A stretch of DNA of 64,000 nucleotides, taken from NCBI GenBank assembly GCA_029953675.1, contig JAMWBK010000003.1, positions 1,736,001 through 1,800,000 of the forward strand, in the 5' to 3' direction. This document shows, one piece after another, positions 25,401 through 38,033 of the stretch; the stretch's first letter is position 1, and each line of letters begins with the position of its first letter. The stretch is from Rhodosorus marinus CCMP1338. Lineage: Eukaryota > Plantae > Rhodophyta. Below the pieces are notes generated by a model. The model saw only the letters and a list, made by a program, of their open reading frames with translations. It made no database searches and was not told where the DNA came from. Position numbers and translations under genes: made by a program.

Positions 25401-26042
25401 CAGGCTTAACCGCCCGACGAGTTACAAGACTATTGTTACACAACCTCAATCCTTCTCAGGATGAATCGGTCACCCTATCCACAGCTCTCCAAATGGAAGA
25501 AGTGCCGAGCTTGGATGGAGGCTCTTGGTCTGAAATGAGTGCACTGGAAGATGCGAACAAATGGGAACTAGTTCCGAGGTGTTGTGACTCTGAGCGGATC
25601 AGTCCGAGTGGACGAAAACTCCTACTGATCCGCTCAGAGTCACCTTCTGATGTAGGACATCCTCAAGCAATTTGCGTCTTGGGATCACTAATGGAGTCAG
25701 ATCCATCGGAGACTACCTGAAAGAACTTGTAACAGCCGCTGTTGGTGGCAATTAGCCTTTTAGTACGCAGTTGAAGTATGCTACTTGTGCAAACGAGGTG
25801 CAGGATTAGATCCCTGAAGAAGGAGCCAAATTAGAACTTCAAAGCGTTCTTCCAAGTGGTTCCTAAACGCGGCTATGTCAGGAAGCCCGATACCGTGCCC
25901 AGACTAAGCTGATCTTTTTCAACAGCTCACACTCTGCTCGACCATGCCGGTGGTATGCTCTATGGGAGAGAGGAAAGGCCTAGGGAGTCGTCGATAACAT
26001 ATCAGCCATCACAAAGTGCACAATCCAAACCAAACCAGTAAA

Positions 26043-26270
26043 ATATTCTTTCAGTTCGGAGGTTCATCAAAACAAAACCTGGAACAACACCTTTCCTGTG
26101 AATTCAAGCAGGCACACACAAGCTGAGGAGCGACCGCAGCTATTGTCCTTGCAAGTCATTGATGTGCTCACTCCAACCAAACCACAGATGGTCAGGGATA
26201 TTCTGTCAGTGCGGAGGTTCATCAAAACAAAAAACTGGAACATGGCTTTCCCTCTGAATTCAAACAGGCA
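26043..26270. repeat. Imperfect ~72-bp direct repeat (26043-26113 / 26198-26270), period 155 bp
   Basis: Both copies read atattct.tcagt.cggaggttcatcaaaacaaaa..ctggaaca...ctttcc..tgaattcaa.caggca. Confidence 0.85.
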
Positions 26271-27749
26271 GGGACTGTGTTTCCTCAAACCCTAGTACGT
26301 GATCGAAACCAGTCCCGAAAACCCCACCAACTTGTGTCAGCATCCATTTGATAACCCTTCCTAATTTCTATTTTTAAATGAAGGTCTAACATTGCTCGAA
26401 GCCCCCAGGACAATAGTTTCTGTTTTGGAACACATAAAAATGTACAAAAAAACTAAATTTCCATCATTATCCAGGTTCTGACGAGACAGCCGTTACCCGA
26501 TCCTCGCTTCTTCGGACTCGTAGAGGAGTTTTTGCGGCGGCTCTGGACTTCGCGGCTGTTCTAACAATTGCGATGATTACCAGTCCGCCTTTTAAATCTC
26601 CAGTTAACTTTTGTACTGTCTCCGTTTCTACCGCGACGTTGGTTTTAAACACCCCCCGTTTGTCTTCAGTTTAATCTAGGAGCATTTTTGTTTTTCCTCT
26701 ACCGGTTGTTGTCCCTGAATAGATTATGGTTGTTCTAGACGGATTGCTCTCTCTGTTCCACTTCACCTCACCGCTCGTAGAGTGTCGTTGCGATCATTCA
26801 GCCGGACATAAAATCCTCCCAGCTCTCTCCAAACGACATAATCGGGGATTCTTTTCAGACCTTTGATTTGCGGTAAAAAAACACAGTCTATTTCCAAAAA
26901 GATATTCTTGACTAAATCAATCATTACGACACCTACAGCATTTTTGTGTTTTGAGGATTTGACGAAGGTGATGTTTTGCGCAAAGGCAAGGAGTCGGCGT
27001 ACACGGAGGCGCTTACCAACGCTGACACTTTGCAGTCTGCGCTTGCTCGTCGGTTAGTAACACTGGTTATAGATGTCTTTGGATTCTCAGATAGCGCTGG
27101 GGGTGCCTGGTTGCGGGATTGTTACCGCCACCGCTTTGATGATCGCTTTCCCGACTGTATTCTTCTTTGAGTCTGAATCTCTGGCGCTGTAATGCTGCCC
27201 TAGCTTTGAAGGCGCGCTCTCTACGGCCTTCCGAGAGTAACTCATTCGGGGGCCTCGGCCTCCGATTAAACCGATTGATTGAGTATGATAAAGCGATTGT
27301 TTAGTATGACATGATACCTATGCACTCCAAGCCCAGTGATTTGCAGTAATGAATTGGACTGGAAGGCAGATTAGTACCCGGTCCAATGCCTGCTTCGTGC
27401 TAGGAAGTCAGGAAAGTGAGCAACACACTGAAATTCAGTCGGTGATGTACAAATCCCCAGTTCTGTTTAAGTCTGACTATGAAAGCTCCTAAGCAGGGTG
27501 GTTTAGGGTTTTTTTGAGCAAACAATGCACCTGTATCCCATGCTCCTCGCCAGCCCCATCTCCGGAAAGTCAAGTCGAAATTTGCCAAACAGTGGCTCCC
27601 CGTCACAAGATCGGAAGAGGCGCAGTTTAGTTTGGAGAGCAGCGGTCGGCCGGCGGATTACTTGGTGAACTAGTTGTTAGCTACCCAGATGAACTACGAA
27701 CACCCGCACGTCGATCAACCTCGACCATCGATTGCACTACGAGAATAAC

Positions 27750-28600
27750 TAGTTGAAGCGAGCCTGCACTGGAAACGCAGCCTCGCAGGAGGAACACCGG
27801 CACCAGTCCTCCGCATCACGGACTGGATTTCGCTCACACTCAACAACAAGAGGGGAACCTGCGCTCACCATCCGAAAGTCCCATGACGGTTCAACCCAAA
27901 AACTCCAATCCAACTGGAGTCACCGACGGGCGTTCGAGGAATTGGTGAACAACCCCTCTGCTGAGTGAGACGGTACGTCTTCGCTCATGCACCGGATCTG
28001 GAGGCGGTACCTGGCTGCGAGACATCCCGTCAAGATACCCCCGCGGTCTGGGCGCAGAAGAGCAGAACCTGAATCTGGGACTACCTTCTGGGATGGGCTA
28101 CGCGCTCGGATTGCGCTGCTGGTGTACGAACAATTAATACATGTACAAACGTTGGCAACCCATGCACGAGCCATCCAAGCGCCTTCCCCACTGCGCCAGT
28201 TCTACAGGGAGCTGGACACTGCGACACAACATGGTCCAGGATGCTCTGGCCACACAGCTCAGACAATCGCGACTCGAAGTGACCCTCGAACCGACGGGGT
28301 ACTACCCAGGCCACCACCTCCACACCGACGTTCTAGCTCGACACCCCCGGACCGTGAAGCTGTAGGCAAGAGCCGATTGATGTGAAGGCGACCTCGCAAT
28401 TGAAAAAGACCTACCCACAAAAAGCGTCCTAGGGGCAGGGTACGCCGCACAGTAGGGCACAGAAGTTCAGAGTCGAAATTCCAAGATGCGGTAGGAGCTC
28501 AGAATGACAACATCGTCGTGCCCTTCTGGGTGGAGACGTTCGAGTGGATGGTAGAAGCAAGCTGATCAGTTCTTGAAAGAGCTAGCTTTGCACCTCCAGC
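27750..28600 (+). mobile_element. Degenerate C-terminal part of an RLE-type (CRE/NeSL-like) non-LTR retrotransposon
   Basis: VRLRSCTGSGGGTWLRDIPS (compare ARL.S..G.GAGAWL..P), HCASS.G...RHNMVQDALA..L....EP (zinc knuckle/RHN motif), then PIDV and VPFWVETF of the restriction-like endonuclease. Confidence 0.75.
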
Positions 28601-28779
28601 ACCGATCAACCCACGTCAGCGAAGGACGAGCGATGCTCAACCCGTCCCTGTGGAAGGGGAATGCAGTACTTGGCACTTAGGCACCTCGAGTTCACGAAGG
28701 GAACTATGAGATCGTCCCTCCAGTAGAACGTATGCACACAACGCATCAGGGATTTTTCGTCGCATCTATAGACTCTTTC

Positions 28780-29290
28780 CCTCTTCACTCGCTCCACAAG
28801 GGAGATCTTTTAGTAACGCGTTCACTGCTACTGGCTTCCAAGATCTTCCGACCTCGATACATCGGGCCTTTTGAATTCTACGCAAAATCAACAAAGTCGA
28901 ATACCAGTTCAAGTTCAGTTAAGACTTCCAATTCACCAAACCTTTCCCGTATCACGTCGGCAGAAATTTATGGGGTCGGAACCGGAGATCCATCGGCTAC
29001 ATATACCCGATTCACTTCTGATGACCCAAACTCATCAGATTTTTGTGAAGTCGGTATTATTGAAATGCCTGAGTCCAGGTAACTTGACGAATACTTCGTC
29101 TACACGGAAGGCGAGACGATGACCTGCGATGGCTACCTTATCATCAGCTGACACAAAACGGGAATACCAGGCAGCAAATACAGAATCACATCACGGAATA
29201 CCGTATAAGAATGTTAACTTCACAAAGCGGTTGCTTCTTCGATAGGGCAGTATTTCCTTTCGGTGGGAGGAAATTGACAGGTCAGCTCAA
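28780..29290 (+). mobile_element. Degenerate 3' end of a gypsy element related to 1232-4290 (integrase tail, chromodomain-like region, PPT, LTR start at 29275)
   Basis: gaatacttcgtctac..gaaggcgagac...gatggctacc matches 3872-3926. The pre-PPT/PPT segment ttcctttcggtgggaggaaat precedes TGACAG. Confidence 0.8.
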
Positions 29291-29995
29291 GAGCATTGGG
29301 CGTGCATAAGTTGCACAGCCGGAGGGCAAAAATAGCACAGCCGGAGGGCTCACTCTAAAGGCTCATGGGGAAGTTTCTTACTCGACAGGGATCTGTTATA
29401 AAGCGCGTATTTTCCGGATTTCGGGAATCGGATTTAACGTATTTAATCTGGTTCAATTCAGAAACGTGGATTTTATTGAAAACCTGCCGGTTTAATTCAG
29501 AATCGGAGGTTTTCATCATCATCGAATACCCTGAGGAAGCGGGAAACAAGAGGCTGATGAAGCGCGTCCAAGAGTAAAGCAGGGTTTGAATGGCGGCAGA
29601 GAGTCAAAAACAGCTCCGCCAGGCAGTGAGGAGGCCGTCAAGCGCCCCCTCGGTCGCTACGAAATAGAGACGAAGCCAACGAGAACCCACACTAGCATAT
29701 AAGCCAAAGCACTCGATGGTGAAAGGAACAAACAAAAGGCTTGGGGCTAGGGACCGATTCCAGCCTAACGGCTTTTTCTCGTGCGCCAAGCCTCTTCCTG
29801 AGGCTGCCCCCGGCTTGGGCCAAGCGTTCCTCAACCCCCATCCCATTCACACAGTATCACTGAACTTCGGCTTGCCAGAGGGGTCTTCGGCGGTATTGGA
29901 GGTGGTGATCGGGGCTGCAGACGATGATGATGCTCCACAGATATTGAGCCGCCTCGGAGCTGAAGAACAGAACCCCATCACTGCCTAAGTTTCTA

Positions 29996-30399
29996 TGACA
30001 ACTGTCCTTTGAATCCGGACAGATAATGGCAATCTATTTCAAAATTAAGAAGATTTCAAAGCTAATCATCCAAAATATAGAGCATAGTTGCTAAATATTT
30101 TATGCAAAATCTTTATTGGGGGGTAAGCCTCAGTGACTGGATTCCCCAAAACCGGTTTTAATTGACTAAACTGCCTCAGTCAATTAAAAATATGGTTTTT
30201 TAAAGCTTAGAAAGCACTAAAAGCACTAAAAATCCGTACTCGGCTAGCCTATAAATACCGTAGTTATGGCATCTCGTCCCTGGGTTAGCTCGAGGAGAGT
30301 CAAGAAGTAGAAAGAAAGAATATAGATTTAGAATATTAACCTAAATTGGGAAATATCATATTGAGTTGAAAATTGAATTGAAGAAGAATTAAGCCGTCA
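29996..30399 (+). mobile_element. Solo-LTR-like element (404 bp, TGAC...GTCA)
   Basis: gcctataaatac.g.agtta...gttagctcgaggagag matches the TATA region of the 4037-4290 LTR. It has an internal 12-bp stem (30156-30167 / 30178-30189). No TSD seen. Confidence 0.65.
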
Positions 30400-30821
30400 A
30401 CTCAGTTTCCCAAAATTTGATGACGACTAGTGGGGTCAAAGAAAGAATAAATTAATTGACTGAATCAATCAATCAATCAATATTAATTCTCTCATCGATT
30501 CCGTTGTGAGATTGGCTTTGTTGGCTAGTGTTTCTTTTGAGAGAAATGCAGCACTCGGAGAGAAGGTTCGTATTTCTTCTCGTCTCGATGCTTCTGGCAA
30601 GCTGTTGGGTGCTTCCGGGGTTCTTTGGATGGAGAGTTTCTCTCTCTCTCCCCCTAGTGGATCTGGAGCAAGATATGCATGGGATGGGAGGGGTACATAA
30701 GGATGGAAGGGTGGGGGGAAGGTGGAGGGGGAGTGGGTGATTTGTGATTAGATTTTTCTAGTGTGGTATGCGGTTTGGAGATTTTGGCTCGGTTTGAGGA
30801 TTTGTTGACCTGGCGGTTGGA

Positions 30822-31574
30822 ATGACTTTTGAATCTCTGGCGTTTGTATCTGGAGTTTTTGGAGTACGAGGGAGTGGAAGTCGAAGGCTGATGTCAACGA
30901 TGGCTGCTAAGAAGATCAGGGTTGATGTGACTTCAGATAACATCTGTCCTTGGTGCTACATTGGGAAGCGGTCGTTGGAGAAGGCCGTGGCGTCTATGGG
31001 GGATGAGGTGGACGTTACGGTCAGATGGCACCCGTTCTATTTGAATCCCGGATGGCCAAATGAGGGAGAAGTTTACAGCGCGAAGGAGCATCTTGCTGAA
31101 AAGTACGGGGCGGGGACCTTCGGCAGCATGACGAAACGGCTGGACAATGTAACAAAAGATTATGGACTTGATATCAACTGGGGCTATGATGAAGACAAGT
31201 CCATTGTTTTTAATACCACACGGAGTCATATGCTGGTAGCTGCTGCGTCGGAAGATGGCTACGAAGTTCAGAATCGACTGATTTCCCTGCTGTTCAAGAG
31301 CTACTTTGAGAAGAACATTAACCTCGATTCGCAAGAGACCTTGGAAGCCATTGCGAAGGAGGCCAAGGTCAGCGAAGGTGCTATCATGGGCTGGAAAAGC
31401 GGAAAATTTGAAGACGCTGTGAAACGTAGGACCAAGCAAAACACTGCGAGAGGGATGCATGGTGTTCCGCACTTCGATATTTGGGCTGAAAACAGTAGCT
31501 CGCCTATAGAACTCTCCGGTGGCCAGCCTCCGGAAGCCTTCCAAAATGTATTTAAGTCGTTGATCAGCTCGTAA
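30822..31574 (+). CDS. DsbA-family (FrnE-like) thioredoxin-fold oxidoreductase, single exon, with a transit-peptide-like N-terminus
   Basis: DVTSDNICPWCYIGKR, VRWHPFYLNP, NT.RSH, cis-Pro loop GVPHF, SGGQPPEAF. Confidence 0.93.
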   Translation: MTFESLAFVSGVFGVRGSGSRRLMSTMAAKKIRVDVTSDNICPWCYIGKRSLEKAVASMGDEVDVTVRWHPFYLNPGWPNEGEVYSAKEHLAEKYGAGTFGSMTKRLDNVTKDYGLDINWGYDEDKSIVFNTTRSHMLVAAASEDGYEVQNRLISLLFKSYFEKNINLDSQETLEAIAKEAKVSEGAIMGWKSGKFEDAVKRRTKQNTARGMHGVPHFDIWAENSSSPIELSGGQPPEAFQNVFKSLISS

Positions 31575-34561
31575 GCGCGGGCATGAAATACGCGTGAACT
31601 TTGGACGAGTGAACACGTTTGAAACTCTGGACAATGCCTGGTTCTGGAGTGATAGTAAACACACGTAACATTGCGGTCTGAGAAAAGCAGCACCCTTTCA
31701 TGCATCGCTTTGAGATCCGAATCCGCCTATCGGTTTCATCGGAGTCCACCTGCAATCGTTAAGTCTTTTCAGTGTCCTGAACCCGGAAATGTAGTGCTAT
31801 GAACTACATCCAGGACGCAATCCTTGTGTCCTGTCACGAGGATCAGAATTTCCGGCTCTTCGAGAACCTCAATAGGCTCCATCTGCGCCGAACGAGATCG
31901 ACCGCGAGACAACAGACCTAGCTAAGCACTGGCTATTATCGAACGTATGAGGAGTTCTGCTTCGCAGAGTTGTGCTAGCACAGGACGTCTCCAACGCACA
32001 AGCAGTCCCAGTCGGCCAAGCACGCTGAGGCGCTTCAGTACAACCAGTCGATCCAGCCGCTCTCGTCCAGCACGCACAACAGGGTGGTCGACGACATGTG
32101 CCCTATCATAACAAAAATCAGCCCCTCTCCCTACGTCAACTGCTCGGCCACGAGTGAGACGCTTTCTCAAGACCCTCGACGTACTCCAGCCTCTCGCAAA
32201 ATCTTGCCGTCGGAGGCCATGCGTTTGAACTCCGCATTTTATTCAGAGAGGCCAAACAGCCCCCAAATCAAGTAGGGCTGAGTCAGCTTCAACAAAGTCA
32301 GTGTAGACCGCTCTGGAACCTACAAGCCTAAACCATCAATGATATTCTTCATATTAGTCGGACTGATGCTTCCAACCCGGCAACTGTCCCCCCCACCCCA
32401 TCCACCCCCCCCAAAATTCCCCTCTCACAAGCTTTTCTACAATCCATCCGCAACTTGATCGCAAGACATCTGGTACTATCCATTGACTGATTTGTACTGC
32501 GTGAAGCGTTTGCTATCAAAACATGAAAACACGCTTACGATGAAAAAAAAGAGAAGGGACGTGGAGAACAGCTAATTCTCAAGTTTTTTCAATGAAAATA
32601 CAGAGGTGAATTTCCCACCACAAGAAATATGATTGTTTTTCCGAAGAATTAGGGCAACGTCACCGTCCACGCCCTACGGGCGGCTTTTCCCGACCCCAGC
32701 ATATCGTTCCACTTCGTTCTCCCCCGTGAGGATTATTCTGGAAGATAATTCAATCAAGAGTTCTATATATGTCTCAAACATGAATGGATTATTACCTTTT
32801 CCTTCTATCAATGTTGATTGAAAATAGGGTTTCCCCCCTTTCGTATAAGCTCTCGTTCGCGGCTATTATTTGTTTTTTCATTTTTGAGGCATGATGGCAT
32901 TTTTAAAAGGAAATTTATGTATACGGTGTGTATCGACATAGAGTTTGCCTTTTCGTTCTTCCGGATAGGCCTGCGAACTACAGTCGCCGCGGAGAAACCT
33001 GTTTTTCTGTATACCCCTTGTACGGAAGTTGGAGAATACGCTTTTTCATCGGTCATGAATTAAGAACGATGAAGATAAAGGCAAATTTGAGTGGAAGCTT
33101 CCATGGGTCATCCGTAACGTGGAACTGATCGATTTCAATCACAAAGTTTAAACGATATAGAAAACGATAGACTAACTGCGGATCCAATGATTGGAATCGC
33201 GGGTATTTGTTTGGCGTTAATAAAGAATGCGTGTCAAGATCCATCTAATTGATTGGTGAAATGGGAGGGAAGATCGGATACCATCATCAATATTGATTGG
33301 TTCACCCATGCACATGACTATAAAGTATTGAAATTCATCTTCTCACGCTCCACGATCTGAAGCCTCCTACGCTTTTTTTTAAAAGAAACGAACTAATCTT
33401 CGAAAATTGTTTCGTCTTCAGGAAGAGTGGACAGCAAGACGCCCCCCATCCAAACCCCTTCTATCTCTTCAATAGGCCAGCTTTTCAATATAGGAAAAGG
33501 GGGGGAAACTTGTTCCGCAAGCTGCCCAATGGTTGGCTGCCGAATTTTCGAAATTAAATCTCATATCGGATTTTTGTTTTCAATATAGCGGACCCCCTTC
33601 CAACTCAATTCACTTTCTCAAACCTCGAACCAGAGCTGCATTGTTTCCTGGGGGGTTCCGACGAACGGCATAAAAATCTAGGAGATATTTATTTTTCAAA
33701 AGCCTCTTTTTCAATACGCCTCTCAAACCCCCCTATCCAATTCACAAAACAATAATTGTTCTATTTAATTTCATTAAAATATTCGACGTTTTCTGCCACT
33801 TCACATATATCCAACATACCCCGGCAAAATACTACTTGCGTGACCAACACCACCACACCCTTATGGATAAAGTTTCGTTTTTCAAAAGAAAATTTTATCT
33901 GTCCTCTGTTTGGACGGATGCCATGACGTCTTCCGTCTAGTCCCAAGTCGAGGTTGTACATTCCGTAGTAACCCGCCCGAGTCCTTCACCCCCCCCCGGG
34001 GACTTTCCTTTCTTTATTCATAAAAGGGGGGGGGGGAGAGAAAATCTGATTGAGAGCGAAATTCTGGTTTACCCCCCCTAAAAATCATGTTGGAGTATTT
34101 GGACCAGTTGATGTCTCACGCCTTTTAGTTGAAGAAATTTTGTCTCAAAACGTATAAGTTTGGAGTTTGCAAATGAACAAAAGTTTCTGGCAAGGGGAGT
34201 ATGGACCCTATTCTCTTCTGACGAGCTGAACAGGAATGAAAGGGGGTGGAGAGAGTATATATTTGTTGAGAGCTGAGCTGGGATGGCCGGGAGGGAGGAA
34301 GGTCGCGCGAGGTCAGGTATTGGAAGGTATCTGTAAGGGAGGCTACCTGGTAGAGGTGTGAGGAGTAGAACTGAGGCTGTCTGGTGAGGAGGGAGGGGGT
34401 TGGAAGGGGGTATGTTCTGAGTTTGGTCAGATTAGGGTGTCGGTGGTTCAGAGTAAGTCTTGGATGGTGTGGTAAGCGGGGTTGGTTAGGGTTTTTTCTC
34501 TTGTTTTGGGTTTGAGTTTGGAGGGTATTGAGGTTGGTGTGGGGCCGGTGGAGGCGTAGGA

Positions 34562-36014
34562 ATGGCTACTACCACCATGGCGAGCAGTAGACTTGCTCGA
34601 GTGCCTGTCTACATGCTGAGAAAGACTACTGGCATAATGCTTGATGACTATGCGTCGAGACCTCAAACACCAACAACGCTGAGACAAATGTATGAGCTAG
34701 GGATGAGGACAAATTACGAGAAGATTCTCTTGGGCGCGCAGTTCTTACATGCTGAGCTTCCTATACGCCTCGCGCACCGCGTTAAGGAGCTTGAGAATTT
34801 GCCTTATGACCTGAACAATATGCCTTCGGTTATCAAGGTTCGGCAGGTACGCCTATCGCCGCTGCTAACCGAGCCCGAGCCTAGAGCTTGCCTGCTGTTT
34901 TGGATTCTGACCTTGTACTCTTTTTTGGATTTTCGTCGCAACAGCTCTATGAGAACTCTTTTCAGGACTTGGTGGAGAGGAAGAGACCTGAAGATGAGGA
35001 AGAAGAAGAGCTGTTCACGGACCTGCTGGTTCGAATAAGATCTCGTCACGACGACGTTCACAAGCTGATGGCCAAGGGTGTCATGGAACTGAAAACGGAA
35101 TCTGGAAGGGGAGCCAACGACCTGAAGATTCACGATTTCCTCGACCGATTTTACAGGTCCAGAATTGGCATCCGAACTTTGATAAGCCACCAAGCAGACA
35201 TGCGCTACAGCCGGAAAGGTAAGTTCCACGAGCCTTATACATGTATTCCGGGAAGGAATATGGACCTAATCATCATGTTTTCGTTCAGGCTATGTTGGCA
35301 TAATTAACCCTGTATGTAAACCCGAGGTAATTGTGAGGGACGCTGCTCAAGCTGTTCACTCCATCGCGTACCGTACCTATGGAGACTGTCCCGAAGTACA
35401 GCTGCATGGGAAAACATCCCTTCAGTTTCCTTATATTGAAGGCCATATATTTTTCTGCCTTTTTGAGCTTCTGAAGAATTCTATACGGGCGACAATGGGT
35501 ACGTTAGAAATTCTTGGAGATCTCGCTCACGGCAGCAGCTAACCAGTTTTTTGAATGCTTTGCAGAAACTCACGGGAACAATGTTCATATACCGCCGGTT
35601 AAAGTTGTAATTGCGGACGGGAACGAGGACGTGACTTTGAAGATATCTGATGAAGGTGGGGGTATTCCGAGGTCCGAGATGGAAAACGTGTGGAACTACC
35701 TGTTCACAACAGCGGAAATACCACCGGAGAAGTTGATGGAAATTGAGGAGAAATCTAGGCATGGTGGAGTTGGTTGCGATCCAATCGCAGGGTTTGGGTA
35801 AGTGGAAGCATCGTTTGTCCAGTTGGAGCTCGGCCGTTGTCTGACGTTTATGATTTTCTCGTTTGGGACGGATAACAGGTACGGCCTTCCGTTGTCGAGA
35901 ATACATGCTAGGTACTTCAGCGGGGACCTCAACATTGTGTCCATGGAGGGTTATGGAACGGATGCATATCTTCATCTGAGCAAACTCTGGAACAAGGCCG
36001 AGGACCTGCCGTAA
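34562..36014 (+). CDS. PDK: Mitochondrial pyruvate dehydrogenase kinase / BCKDK family, multi-exon
   Basis: FLHAELPIRLAHRV.ELENLP, FLDRFYRSRIGIRTLI, FELLKNSIRAT, KISDEGGGIPR, GFG.GLPLSR.HARYF.GDL...SMEGYGTDAYLHL. Confidence 0.95.
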
Positions 36015-36911
36015 CAGACTTGTGCGATATTTATAGTGATGATATTTGGCATAAAACTTTTCGCATATTATGTTTATTAAAATGAGTGAATCGGAGGTGT
36101 ACCTATCGCTTGCTTGCCAGTAGACGTAGCTATCCAGGCTTTCGGAGTCCGATGTTTTGAGTCGAAGACGTCATGGATCGACTTCACGAAGGTCAACCTT
36201 GGGTCAACGCTTCACACCAAAGTTGTGCGTTAGATCAATTCGAAGTCCAGAATCTTCTGTTTGCCTTCGTTCACAACTCGACAAATCAGTCACCCACAAG
36301 CCCTCGGAGATTTGCTCTTTGCCGGGTTCAAGCCAGAGAAAGCTATGATTCAATCTAACGAACTGAGTAGCAATCTAACCCTCCCCCCCGGCCAAGAGTA
36401 TTAGTCATCGCTTGAGAGCACAGATGAATAGAGCCAGCAAAGCTCCTACATGAATCTTAACGGATCATCATCAATCTTAAAACGCCTTCGACAGCGGGAC
36501 CTCAACCCTTTCAGTCCTGGAGTGGTCGTAGAGGATGAGGCAGAATGAAAAGCCAAAAAACAAGTCAACATCGGACGCAGCAACTTCTTCAGGACATCCA
36601 CAGCTCCTCAAAGAGACAAGCTCAGCGATTCAGATTCACTAGAGTGTCTCTCTGAAGTCCTATGCAACTGAGCTGTACTGTTGGAATTGTCGTTGCGACC
36701 GCGACCGAAAGTGGTGGGGAGGCGAAATTCTTTCGCGTGGAATCAGTGTGCACACCAGAGCCTCTTTACTGACTTATATCAGCTGAGATTTAGAAACTTA
36801 GCGTCAGGGTTGCCGTTGAAGAGGACGCGTTAAGCCCAACGACTGGAGTTGATCGGGTATTTATTAGTTTGTTTGCAACTGTTGCGGCGTAGGTTTTGTT
36901 TGAATTTCACG

Positions 36912-38033
36912 ATGCCTGATATGCTTGTCAGGTACAAGAAGGGAAAGACCAACTTTGAGATAATTACAAAAGAAGGTTCGGTTTCCCAGTACCGAGAAGG
37001 GACCATTAAGAATACGGACGATGTAAGGAAAACGACTTGCCTGGTTTTCTCAGTCTAGAAGAGTGACTTCTGAGGAAAGCTTCACATCTGTTGTGGTCTC
37101 GTCTTTTTTTTTTGGGGGGGCGTGGCGGGGGTTTGGGTGATTTCAGGTTGTCGTCGCGAATGTCATTTTCACAAATCACAGCAAGGGCGAGCGAGCAAGC
37201 GATGAGCAGTTAAGGTAAGTCCAGAGTATTCTTTTTGCGCACAGAGCGGGTTCACTGAGACGCGTCAAATAAATATCTTGCTGCACCAGGAGCGCGTTTG
37301 ATACGGACGATCTGAGCCAATGCCTCGAGAAAATCCTTCTCACAGGCGAGCCACAGCTCTCTGTAGCCGAGCGCAAGGCCAAAGTTGAACAGAAGCGGAA
37401 GGAAATCGTGGACTACTTCAGGAAGTAAGCACAGACAAATGCTCCGCAAGCTTTTCTCCAGGGTCCTGAGATCGTGTCTTTCTCCGCTTTGAACAGATAC
37501 TATGTCGAACCACGGACCAAACTACCTCTTCCCGCGCAGAGAATCGACGCCGCTCTGACCCAAGCTAAGATTAGAGTGGATCCTGATACACCAGCAGCTC
37601 GTCAGGCTGCTGATGCTGCTTCAAAGGTAGTAGCAGTTATGCCAATGAGCAAGTCAACCTTGGATGGTACCATCAAGATCCCTCACCAATACGTAGGATC
37701 AGCAATGGGATCGGTTAGCAAGTATTGTCAAGTGGTTAAGTAGGTGCTATGAATGGGATGAATGACAACGCGAGTCTCTGTTCAAGTACTCAAACATTTT
37801 GGTCTTTCTTCTCTGATCGAAGGGATGGATATACATCTGAAGGAAGCTCAATCAGCGTCTCAGTTGCTCCGGGAGATTATGATATGCTAATCTCTGATCT
37901 GACCAAGGCAACGAAAGGAAACTTCACGTTCGATATTGAAGGTCAACAGAAGGCTATGGCTTCTGGAAATGAAGCAACGGAGAAGAAAAAAGGTGGAAAG
38001 GTAGGCAAGAAGGGTAAAGGAGGAAAGAAATAG
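36912..38033 (+). CDS. SBDS/Sdo1-family ribosome maturation protein, multi-exon
   Basis: VRYKKGKTNFEI, IFTNHSKGERAS, FGTDD...C.EKIL.TGE.QLS..ERK, YVEPRTKLPLPAQRIDAAL, and a Lys/Gly-rich tail. Confidence 0.9.

Noticed and set aside
30933-31705. Minus-strand ORFs of 243 and 134 aa
   Set aside because: These are antisense shadows of the DsbA/FrnE gene with no recognisable motifs.
31800-32275. Possible non-LTR fragment (GRLGL resembling GGLGL) or recombinase (QLLGH)
   Set aside because: These are single short motifs on opposite strands with no supporting context.
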